From Macrostomum lignano (taxonomy: Eukaryota): a stretch of DNA of 64,000 nt. A program made the position numbers and the translations under genes. How positions within the stretch are numbered: position 1 is the first letter of the stretch; every line of letters begins with the position of its first letter. The stretch lies in contig NIVC01000029.1 of the NCBI GenBank assembly GCA_002269645.1, positions 1,116,001 through 1,180,000 of the forward strand, read 5' to 3'. The notes beneath the pieces are model-generated. The model was not told where the DNA came from. It saw only the letters and a program-made list of their open reading frames with translations, and ran no database searches. Below are positions 37,503 to 49,300 of this stretch, in pieces.

Positions 37503-38934
37503 GTGTGTGAAAAATCAGTGAAGCTGTTCACGAATAGGCATATAGGGCTCAGCAGGGGCCCTTTCCTCAATTCAAAAAGTTTGAAACATTTAATATGCAA
37601 ATGAATGAATATAAGAGGCAGAAGATCGGTTACAAAGGAATATTTGACGGAAACTCTCTGTCTGGCTATTCAAGTTTTATATGGTCCATCAGACCTGTCA
37701 CAGAGTATTCTTCTCAATGCTCCATCCAACACGGGGAAAGTCCCGAAACTGTCACTGATCCCATGCAATATATTCAACTCTTAGTATTCGAATTATAGCT
37801 GTTAGAAAGTTCAACCAACCGTTTTACGTTTCGAGTGAGACACCAGAGAGACATCGAAAGCATGCTATTAAGCAACAGGGCTGTTGCGCAATCACTGTCA
37901 CCTATGCTGTACAATCTATGGCCGCCCTAGCAACTGAAACCTCGCCAATGGACATCAAGAAATCGTTCGATTGGAAAAATTAAAAATTCAACCTAGCAGT
38001 GTGCGTGTTGTGCGAAGTTGAGGATGTCTGACCCCTCTAGCTGTCTCTCTGCCCATGCAGTTCTCTTTTTATAACTGTTGCGCGCCATGCCAGGAGGTGT
38101 GAGGAGCCAAAATCTGTCACCTTTTACTTATATATTTAACACTTAGATACTCGCCCGCAACTTGAAATGGGATATTTTTTTTCTAGGTAATAGGAAGGGA
38201 AGAAAAGTAGTTAAGCCTAAAAAATCTTATCCTCTTTAATATCAGGGTTGGCCTGCATGCATGGGGGGTATTTCACGGCTGACCGAACCTGACCGGTCGC
38301 CTTGGACACAAGGCTTAAACACTGTGACAGCCCCCCCCCCCCCTAATTACCCGCAGTAGAAGGTGGCAGGCAGCCTAGCTATATCCCATCTATAGCGGTC
38401 GAAAAAAGGGTCTCGTAGATCAAAATCAAAGCTGAGCAGTATAGGTAATTGTTCCTTCACGCGGTGACTCTTTAAGAAATCCTCTGAATTTGAGGCATTG
38501 TGGGGCGCCAGATGCTTGTTGGGATTTGGTTACCGGCCTGAGGAGTTCTGATTTCCTGAACAGATTAGAGTCTTAACTTTTTTCACCCATCCCTTCGATT
38601 CTTCCCATTGTGGCATAATCCCGCGCTCAGCGAATTTAGTGTTGAGATAATTGGAACTGCAGGACCAAATCCCCTGCAGTGGTTGTGATCGCAATTGTTG
38701 CTTAATATCGATAGCAGATGGCTGACTTAATTATGGAAAATTATTCAAGAATAAGTTAATGAGACCAAGAAATCTTAGAAATTATAGACAAAAACAGGTG
38801 TCTCTCCCTGCCTCAGTTAGGGACGAAACTGTGACCAAAATATGATTGTCTGTTGCTTGCGCGGAGCTTCTGGTTTCCTGTATGGGTCATTTATCATGTT
38901 CATATCGGATTTCCAGTTCTTCTCGCTTTTGTCT

Positions 38935-39960
38935 CAATCATTCACTCTCTCAGTCACTCTGCCATTCACTCTCTCATTCACTCTCTCATTCACTCTGTCA
39001 TCCACTCTGTCATTCACTCTCTCACTCACTCTCTCATTTACTCTGTCATTCACTCTGTCATTCACTCTGTCATTCACTCTGTCATTCACTCTGTCATTCA
39101 CTCTGTCTTCACTCTGTCATTCACTCTCTCATTCACTCTGTCATCCACTCTGTCATTCACTCTCTCACTCACTCTCTCATTTACTCTGTCATTCACTCTG
39201 TCATTCACTCTGTCATTCACTCTGTCATTCACTCTGTCATTCACTCTGTCTTCACTCTGTCATTCACTCTCTCATTCACTCTGTCATTCACTCTGTCATT
39301 CACTCTGTCATTCACTCTGTCATTCACTCTGTCATTCACTCTGTCATTCACTCTCTCACACTCTCTCATTCACTCTGTCATTCACTCTGTCATTCACTCT
39401 CTCACACTCTCTCATTCACTCTGTCATTCACTCTGTCATTCACTCTGTCATTCACTCTGTCATTCACTCTCTCACACTCTCTCATTCACTCTGTCATTCA
39501 CTCTGTCATTCACTCTGTCATTCACTCTCTCATTCACTCTGTCATTCACTCTGTCATTCACTCTCTCATTCACTCTCTCACACTCTCTCATTCACTCTGT
39601 CATTCACTCTGTCATTCACTCTCTCACACTCTCTCATTCACTCTGTTATTCACTCTGTCATTCACTCTCATTCACTCTGTCATTCACTCTGTCATTCACT
39701 CTCTCATTCACTCTGTCATTCACTCTGTCATTCACTCTCTCATTCACTCTCTCACACTCTCTCATTCACTCTGTCATTCACTCTGTCATTCACTCTCTCA
39801 CACTCTCTCATTCACTCTGTTATTCACTCTGTCATTCACTCTCATTCACTCTCATTCACTCTTATTCACTCTCTCACACTCTGTTATTCACTCTGTCATT
39901 CACTCTCAGTCACTCTCGTTCACTCTCTCATTCACTCTCTCATTCACTCTCTCATTCACT
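38935..39960. repeat. 12-bp minisatellite (ttcactctgtca)
   Basis: Variant of the array at 33078-34375. Confidence 0.97.
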
Positions 39961-40070
39961 TTTTGTTAATTATCTTTTTGGCTTCAACCTTCAATGGAAC
40001 ATTTCTGTATGCTGAATAAAAACTGAATTCTCTTAATCCGAAGCGCTGCATTCACCCCCTACTTTTTCAG

Positions 40071-42245
40071 CCAGCCCCGAAGACCGCAGCAGCAACGATG
40101 CGGAATTCGATGACGAAGACATCTCTGAGGACGGCGAAGAGGAGTTCAAAGTTGCCGGGAAGACTTCCGCTTCGTCTTCGACTGTTGCCGGTGTTGCTAC
40201 GGCTGTTTCTGCTGCTGCTGCCGGAAGCAAGCGCAGGAGACGGCGCATCCTGTTCACCAAGCAGCAGTGCCAGCAGCTGGAAGCCCGGTTTCGCCAGCAG
40301 AGGTATCTGTCTGCTGCTGAGCGGGAGCAGCTGGCCCTGCGCATCGATCTGACGCCTACGCAGGTAAGTGTTGCTATGGGAATTTCATGAGATTCTTTTC
40401 CGTTGCTATGGTGTTGCTATGGGAATTTCATGAGATTCTTTTCCGTTGCTATGGTGTTGCTATGGGAGTTCTAACAGGCATTAATCCGTTACTATGGTGT
40501 TTCTATGGGAAGTCTAAAAGTTTCTTATCCGTTGCTATGGTGGTACTATGTAAATTCCATGATGTTTAACAGGTTTATATTGCTATGGTATTTCTATGGG
40601 CATTCTACCAGATTTATTGATATTTGGAAAGCTCTATTTCGAAACGATATTTTAAATATAACTTTTTGGATCACGTTGAGAGAGATTTCATTGATTAAAA
40701 TTTTAGCCTCACTTTGAGCTGTTAAATTTTCTAGAAAATTATCCTGCCAAAAGTAATTGCTCAGACACTGGGTGTTAATTATTCTGTATAATAAAATAGT
40801 TTATCAAGTGATTTATTCAGAACATTTTTGCCTGGTAAACTTTGGTTATCAAGCGCGGCGGGAGATTTCAAATTTTATTGCATTGGGTGACCGACTGCTG
40901 ACACCAGCAGCTGGGGGGGGGGGGCACAGCAGGTGGGTTAACAAATTGACCAATTAGCGATGCTGCTCTGTGGGAAGCCGCGGTCTGCGAAGCAAAAAAG
41001 CAAATTAGCAGCAAAATAGACATTTTTGGCGATAATTCATTTTTTCTTTAAGCGAGAGTTTTGAATCGCACTTTGTTGGAGAAATTTATGAATTAGTGTA
41101 ATTTATGAATAATATGCGTTAGTCACTTTTTGATAATCTGATGTGATGAAAGGTGATGATTGAATTGCTAACCGAGGAAATGAATAAGTAATTACGGGGC
41201 CATTGGTGAACTAACGGGGTCATTGGTGAACGGTTAGGATCACTGGTGAACGAATGGGGTCATTGGTGAACGGTTAAGATCACTGGTGAACGAATGGGGT
41301 CATTGGTGAATGGTTAGGATCACTGGTGAACGAATGGGGTCATTGGTGAACGGTTAGGATCACTGGTGAACGAATGGGGTCATTGGTGAACGGTTAGGAT
41401 CACTGGTGAACGAATGGAATCATTGGTGAACGGTTGAGGCCACTAGTAACCGAATGGGGTCATTGGTGAACGGTTAAGGCCACTGGTGAACGAATGTGGT
41501 CATCGGTGAACGATTAAGGCCACTGGTGAACGAATGGGGTCATTGGTGAACGGTTAAGGTCATTGGTGAACGATTTGGTCCTTTGGTGAATGATGGGTTG
41601 ATTTGTGAATGATAGGGCCATTGGTGAACGATTCGGTCCATTGGTGAATGATGAGGTAATTAGTGAACACGATGGATAAATGGTGAATACGACAGGTCAA
41701 TGATGAAAGCTACAGTTGTGACTCTGATCGATGGGTCAATGGTGAAAGCTACAGTTGTGACTGTGATCAATGGGTCAATGGTGCATTCCAGTCAAATACA
41801 ATATCAAACTCTTAATGATTTCAACTTTTTAATCTTCCCCCTCCCCAAACCCCAGGTGAAGATCTGGTTTCAGAACCATCGCTACAAGTGCAAACGAGCC
41901 GAGGTACAAGGTGACAGCGGTTGCGACTTCCCGTCGGAGGATGCGACAGCGGCAACGCCAACCAGACGGACGTCGCGCAAGCGTCGTCGCAATGAAGACG
42001 TCGTCGCCTCTACGTCCGACTTTGCATCCGCGAATTCCAAGCGGCATCAGCTGCATCCGGCATTTCTTCCGGCCGCGCTGCAGCATCAGCCAACTGTGTC
42101 AGCGTTTCGCACTTTCCCACATCTGCAGCTGCATCACCAGCAGCAGCAGCCCCAGCTGCCTCATCATCAGAATCACTTAGCTGCGATGGCAGCCATGGCG
42201 GCGGCAGGATTCTGGCCGTGGAATTCCGCCTCATCTGCCATTTGA
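40071..42245 (+). CDS. NK2-class homeobox transcription factor (NK2.1/NK2.2-like); exons 40071-40363 and 41856-42245, 5' end uncertain
   Basis: The spliced homeodomain [43 protein letters not shown]|[14 protein letters not shown] has the NK2-diagnostic Tyr54 (HRYK). The intron falls between codons 46 and 47. Confidence 0.9.
40368..40545. repeat. Degenerate ~43-bp repeat with several GTTGCTATGG motifs
   Basis: Starts right after the homeobox intron donor. Confidence 0.8.
41196..41700. repeat. 20/40-bp minisatellite (cattggtgaacggttaggatcactggtgaacgaatggggt)
   Basis: In the homeobox intron. Confidence 0.92.
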
Positions 42246-42413
42246 ACTCTAAGAATGAGACGAATTGTGTTGTCGCTTTTTGTTAGTTGTGCTTTTTTGT
42301 TGCCCCTAGAAGCTTAATAATTTCCCATAGACAATTAGTGCAGCCAATATGCATCTGTGTACCAACTTCGCATTGAATAACGTGTTTCCCTACAATTATT
42401 GTGTTTACAGTGT

Positions 42414-42665
42414 TTCCCCATAGACGATTGTGTGTTTTTCCCATAGACTATAATCTGTTTCCCATAGACTATAATCTGTTTCCCATAGACTATAATCTAT
42501 GTTTCCCATAGACTATAATCTGTTTCCCATAGACTATAATCTATGTTTCCCATAGACTATAATCTGTGTTTCCCATAGACTATAATCTGTGTTTCTCATA
42601 GACTATTGTGTGTTTCTCATAGTCATAGACTATTGTGTTTCCTATAGGATATTTCGCATTTCCCA
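42414..42665. repeat. ~20-24-bp repeat (gtttcccatagactataatct)
   Basis: Downstream of the NK2 stop codon. Confidence 0.85.
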
Positions 42666-43534
42666 TAGTTGATCGTGTTTCCTCTTTGGGCATAGACTTA
42701 CTGGAAATTTCTCAGAAAAAATGTGTTTCTTAATACAGAAGCATATTTCTCATTTTTTGTAAACAGCATTTTATAGAAAATGCTCACATGAAATCGTTCA
42801 CTCTTATCAGTGTAATGTAAGTTTTACTTGTCATTGCGGTCAACACCATGTACAATATTTTATTGGAAATGCATGTCACTATATTTCCCCCTGGCATGAA
42901 TTGTTTTGTTTTGTAAAACTATACACGTATTCTCCATGCGCTCGAACGCGCTTGGTATTAACTGTAAAAAGATCCGCTTCTGTAAGACAACAGTTTTATA
43001 TCGTATTTTTGCATCGCCATAAAATGTTAGTAAAAAAATTTCTCACATGTTTCGTCGCACAGATTCGATCAAAGAAATTATCAAGCCAGTTTTTGCTTTC
43101 CATTATTTTATCAATGCTTGAAAACGTTTCTTTGATTCGAGGGAAGTTGAGTAATGCTCAGAGATGTCTGCATTGAGTCACTCAAGTGATCAACTCAGTC
43201 ACCACTTACTCTAAGAAGCTTAAGAAACAATCCAAACCGGCAAAAACTAGAGTGATTTCTATATTTCTCCCAGCAGGCGTTGATCCCGAACCCAGGATCG
43301 AATTTCTATCTGCAGGAAAGCCGAACATTTACAGAAAAATCGATCTGATCAAACTCTAAATGCATCAATTTAACAGACATAAATCTGGTAATGGATCGCC
43401 CACTTTGTATCTCAACAGATCAGGGGAGCCGAGTTGCGCGGCAAAGGCTTAAGCATGGGATCGAATTCCCAAATCGAAGCAGATATCTTCTGACATCCTG
43501 ATACGACAAACTTTGTAATTGTGAGAGCTGTAGC

Positions 43535-43662
43535 CTACGGCTCCTGAGCACATGCAATACAAGCGCGTCAATACAGTACACAGACACAGCAGTCAAACAC
43601 GCGCTCACACAGGAGTGTACAGCGGTCCTGACTTTCTAATCGACAGGCATGTACACTCTGCG
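43535..43662 (-). mobile_element. SINE-like family copy C
   Basis: The reverse complement matches copy B (16345-16475) across the core and 3' part. Confidence 0.7.
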
Positions 43663-44327
43663 ACTTGAGGGTTGGGCCTCAAGGCTAAGAATTAATGTGG
43701 CCATCACGTGTGAAATAAAAACGGGTATCCCCTACCGATTGACCCAAAAATCTTAGCAAAATTCTCTGCTCGGACTACTGTTAAGTAGGATGGTGAAATT
43801 CTGGGTAGTTTTTTCATTCGCACACTAAACAAAATCTACAACCCAACACAGTTCTTCACGAGTGTAAGTGAAAATTGTTTACCATAAACAAAACCGATTT
43901 TGCGGAAACGTCTCTTCCAGTACTGGGTTTTCTCTTGAAAGAAGTTTAATAAAAGCAACCCGAACAGAAACAAGCACGGCTGTGGAAGTGACAGGACAAG
44001 GATGAGTTTATCTTGACTCAGCAATCGGTAAACATGTCAGTCGCATATGGACGAGAACCGAACCAAAAAATCATTTCTAGGAACAGGGACGGACAGAAGC
44101 AGACTTAAGACGTAATTGAACGACGGTGTGTTCCGACAGAGAAATACAAAAGAAGTCTGCTTACACTCTACACTGTAGATTTATAAGATTTCTTTAACTC
44201 TGACCCGGTAAGTTTGATTTTAAACAGAGCATCTATGATGATTTCCATGCAAATATTGGTGATTAAAGAGTAGTGATTTTAGAATAGCGATTCACAGCAT
44301 TGGCAATTCACAACATTGGTAAAGACA

Positions 44328-45014
44328 GAGGCGCCAGCACCAGAGGCGCCAGCACCAGAGGCGCCAGCACCAGAGGCGCCAGCACCAGAGGCGCCAGCAC
44401 CAGAGGCGCCAGCACCAGAGGCGCCAGCACCAGAGGCGCCAGCACCAGAGGCGCCAGCACCAGAGGCGCCAGCACCAGAGGCGCCAGCACCAGAGGCGCC
44501 AGCACCAGAGGCGCCAGCACCAGAGGCGCCAGCACCAGAGGCGCCAGCACCAGAGGCGCCAGCACCAGAGGCGCCAGCACCAGAGGCGCCAGCACCAGAG
44601 GCGCCAGCACCAGAGGCGCCAGCACCAGAGGCGCCAGCACCAGAGGCGCCAGCACCAGAGGCGCCAGCAACAGAGGCGCCAGCACCAGAGGCGCCAGCAC
44701 CAGAGGCGCCAGCAACAGAGGCGCCAGCACCAGAGGCGCCAGCACCAGAGGCGCCAGCACCAGAGGCGCCAGCACCAGAGGCGCCAGCACCAGAGGCGCC
44801 AGCACCAGAGGCGCCAGCACCAGAGGCGCCAGCACCAGAGGCGCCAGCACCAGAGGCGCCAGCACCAGAGGCGCCAGCACCAGAGGCGCCAGCACCAGAG
44901 GCGCCAGCACCAGAGGCGCCAGCACCAGAGGCGCCAGCACCAGAGGCGCCAGCACCAGAGGCGCCAGCACCAGAGGCGCCAGCACCAGAGGCGCCAGCAC
45001 CAGAGGCGCCAGCA
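44328..45014. repeat. 15-bp tandem repeat (ggcgccagcaccaga)
   Basis: About 45 near-perfect copies. Confidence 0.98.
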
Positions 45015-45756
45015 GTAGATGGCATTGCTTAACTTCTGTAGGCGTCGGCGCTGCTAAATGGACTATCTCTGTTTGCCCCTAGAGGAATGGCCGCACCGCA
45101 ACATGGCTAATAAAATCAAATTCTTGAATGTTAAGAAACCCTAAACCTTAGCTTAGCTGCTGTAAGCTAAAGTTGCATTTCATGCGTGCGACACAGCTAG
45201 AAGCATGACGTCACCCCGCCAATGCATTCGCCAACACGCACACCCCCAACCAGTTTCAGTTCTTAGCGCGCAATAAATATAGGACGGACGAAAGGAAAGG
45301 CAAGAGCAAGGCTGAACGTTGTGGAGAGAGGAGAGAAATGGGGGGAGTTGGGAGTCCTCTGGGCCACCCGTTCCCCCTTCCCCTGCAACTAGCACCCCAA
45401 TGAGACGTACACTCTCCATTCGCCGGGAGGGTACCAAAGCCGCACATTCCTATTTCCGTTGCCTCGCCCACTCCTGTACAATGTGCAGCCCCTCCGTTCT
45501 CTGTCCCTCTCTGCCTTCCTTTCTGCTCCCTTTTTAGCTCGTACACCGGCTGTGCCTTTGTAATAAATGTTCTTCTTCCCAAGTGTAATCCAGGCAACCT
45601 ATAGATACGATATAGAGCCGGCCTTACTGGATATGATTGCGTTGTAAGACCTGTATTTTCTTGCAACAAACTGTAGATTAAAGCACTTTTAGCTCGTAAT
45701 ATCAATGTAGGGCTAACCATAAAAATCTCAGGGAGAAATGCGAAATGCGAATGTAA

Positions 45757-46256
45757 ATGACAGTGTCTGTTGAGTTGGGGACACCAGCAGAGCCAACACC
45801 ATCGAGACGTGGTGGCCAAGCAACTATGTTTACAAAATTTCAGGTAAGATAATGAAACTTTTCAGCTCCTAATCAGAGTCTGTTTGCATCATTTGAATCC
45901 AACTGATGGATTATGAGATCCCATTGAAGGATTATGAGACCCTAATGCATCTGTAATTAGTGTTCTAATGATCTGTAATCAGTGTCCTAATGAACTGTAA
46001 TCAGTGTCCTAATGAACTGTAATCAGTGTCCTAATGATCTGCAATCAGCGTTCTAATGATCTGTAATCAGTTGCCCTACTTATTCTCACATTTATTCAGC
46101 GAAAGAAATCTCACAATCAGCAACAGCATCAACAACAGCAGCCGCAACAACATCAGCAACAACCATCCAACTCAAATTCTGCGGGACAAGAAACTTCAGC
46201 AAGACGATCGCATCATAATCAGCACGATGCTGAAGCCGTGTCGCAGTCCCAGTTGC

Positions 46257-46308
<52 letters not shown>

Positions 46309-49300
46309 GCAGCAGCAACAACAGCAGTTGCATCAACAATTGACAGAATCTCAGGAGTCGAATAGAATGTAAGTTTCTGTTATGATCTATACTTTAAAAG
46401 ATTTGTTTATTTAGTACATAATCAGAACATTAATTTGAAACTGATATGCAGATTTAGATAGCTCCTGCTTGAATATTTTTGCCTCTAAAACACTAAACGC
46501 CGCTTCGTTTAAAAACAAATCTATGAAATTTTCAAATATTTTTTGCTCAAATTCTATGTAAAAATATTACAGTGACTCTGTGTCTGTGTAGAAGATTCTA
46601 GTTTGGCCATAGACATTCTAGCCCTATATCTAGAGCCAATTTACTCCTAAAGCTGCTAGTATAGAAAGGATGTCTATGGCCAAACCAGTATTGTCTTCGA
46701 TTCGAGGGCGGATTGGTGGTCTCTAAGTTCGTCAGGCATGTACACTCACTGTGCATAGCTCGTATGAATGTAGCCCGCCCATGAAATTGGTTGGCAGGAA
46801 TCATAAAATTGGTCTGTAAAATCGCTATAGTAGGGAAGAAAGCCGCCAAAGATTTTTTTCTGCTTCTTCGACGCAAAAGCAGTTTTTTTTGGAAAGAGAT
46901 AGTCTACTGCGCAAAACTGCAACTTGTCTTTTGCATTATTTGCATTACTGGGTTACTTTCTTTTGTACTTGGTGTTTTACAGGCTACAACTACAAATCAA
47001 TAAAGTGGTGAGCCAAAGAAAAACACCCACTAAAAAGGTAGTAAAATCCAGTATATTCTCGCTAGAATGCAGTGAAGGACGAATTTGATAGCCCAAAAAG
47101 TTGAAGGCCAAATCTCGCTTAAAATGACATTTCCGAGATAATAAAATCTGGATATTGGCGTCGTTTCATTGTAGGCTGAATCCTGATCAAAAAGTTTTCA
47201 AATGTCGTGACTTTTTTAGTTCATCTGCACTTGTCTCTGTGTACTTTTTTTCTGTCCCTCTCGCTGTCCAATTCAGTCTTGTTATTCTTTTATCTCTCTC
47301 TCTCTCTCTCGCTGCCTTCTGATTGGCTCTTCAATTTCGCCTCTTGCTCCTACTCCTTACCTGTAAAACTAAGTTTTGTTTGAGCTGCGCCAGAGCTAAA
47401 TTCCATGTTAACCTTCTTTCGCTATTTTTCTCAAGGCAAGACTAAATAAACGCCGACTTCTTACAATTAAATAAAGACTTTCCTAATATTCTCGTCCTAT
47501 TTTATTTTGTTATCTTATCTTAACACCACCCCCTACTTTACCCTAGGTAAATATGCCCCTGTAAGCCTTGAGCCCTACTTTCCTCTGTCTGTGTTTTAAA
47601 TACTCGCTGTTTATGTGTTTTTTTTTAAATAAAAAGCCTAAGTACTCTGTGTACTCTAATTCCAAACGAATGTATGTCAACTCTGACTTTCAATGAACCT
47701 CCCATTGCACCAAATGAGGTTTTACCATAGAAAGTTTTGGGACAAGAAAATTTGGCCCAGGAGGAACGCAATATAAGTTGTAATTATACTATATAAGTAT
47801 ACTCTGCAACATTGAAAAGTCGCCACCCTTTGCCCAAGTGAGCAGTCTTTCGACCAGCGTCTATCACCTGGCCAACCATTTGGATATAAAAAATGTTTGA
47901 AAAAAAACAATGAAACCGGGCGGAAGCTTCAATCCACCCGGTCTTCGCCCTCCGCTCTTCCCAATCCCTCCTCACCCAGCCCAACTTTGCATCGCGTGGC
48001 GCAAGTTGCATCACTCAAAAGTCAATACTGAGCTAGAGTTTACTCATAGGTGGCATCTTTTTAATGTCGTTGAGTATAGTTCCGAGTTCCGACCCACGGA
48101 CAACTGAGGTAGTAGCGCTACACTAGATTTTCTTAGAAATGAGCTGGAGGCTCATGAGCCAGACCTAAATGCAAATTATTATATTTAACTAATTCTGCCG
48201 CTTCTCTTCCGTTCGGTATAAACGAGTTTTTCATTTCCTCGAGTCCAGCCTTTGCACTCCAGCCTTCTCTCCCCTGAACTTCGTCTTGCCGATCGTAGTA
48301 AACTGAACCGCTATCTAACCACCAGAGCAACAGTGCAATTGCAACCAAGAGGTCCCAAGAGGTTTAAAGTTATATAGCCAACTAGCTGTATGAAATAAGG
48401 GGCTAGTTAACTGATGGTTTTATGCAGGAAGAAGGGTCAATAGTATCTAAGGCACTGGAGCTAGCTAGCTGGTAGAGCCAGACTAAAGGATTCTCCGAGG
48501 AACCTGAGTTGAAAAGCGAGTGAAAGTTTGAGAGACTATAGTTGGGAAATATTATTGGAGTCAAAAAGCGGAGATAACAGACACGAGAGAGATAACAGAC
48601 ACGAGAGAGATAACAGACACGAGAGAGATAATAGACACGAGAGAGATAACAGACACGAGAGAGAGATAATAGACACGAGAGAAATAACAGACACGAGAGA
48701 TATAAAAGACACGAGAGAGATAACAGACACGAGAGAGAGATAATAGACACGAGAGAAATAAAAGACACGAGAGAGATAACAGACACGAGAGAGATAACAG
48801 AAACGAGAGAGATAACAGACACGAGAGAGATAACAGACACGAGAGAAATAATAGACACGAGAGAGATAACAGACACGAGAGAGATAACAGAAACGAGAGA
48901 GATAACAGACACGAGAGAGAGATAACAGACATGGGAGAGAGATAACAGACACGAGAGAGATAACAGACACGAGAGAAATAACAGAAACGAGAGAGATAAC
49001 AGACACGAGAGAGATAATAGACACGAGAGAAATAAAAGACACGAGAGAGATAACATACACGAGAGAGATAACAGAAACGAGAGAGATAACAGACACGAGA
49101 GAGATAACAGACACGAGAGAAATAATAGACACGAGAGAGATAACAGACACGAGAGAAATAACAGACACGAGAGAGATAATAGACACGAGAGAAATAATAG
49201 ACACGAGAGAGATAACAGACACGAGAGAAATAACAGACACGAGAGAGATAACAGACACGAGAGAGATAACAGACACGAGAGAGAGATAACAGACATGGGA

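Noticed and set aside
33060-40019. IHSL/TLSF repeat ORFs (33060-34280 and 38842-40019)
   Set aside because: These are translations of 12-bp minisatellites.
44279-45082. Collagen/silk-like ASGAG or EAPAP repeat proteins
   Set aside because: A perfect 15-bp repeat open in most frames, with no splice or flanking coding context.
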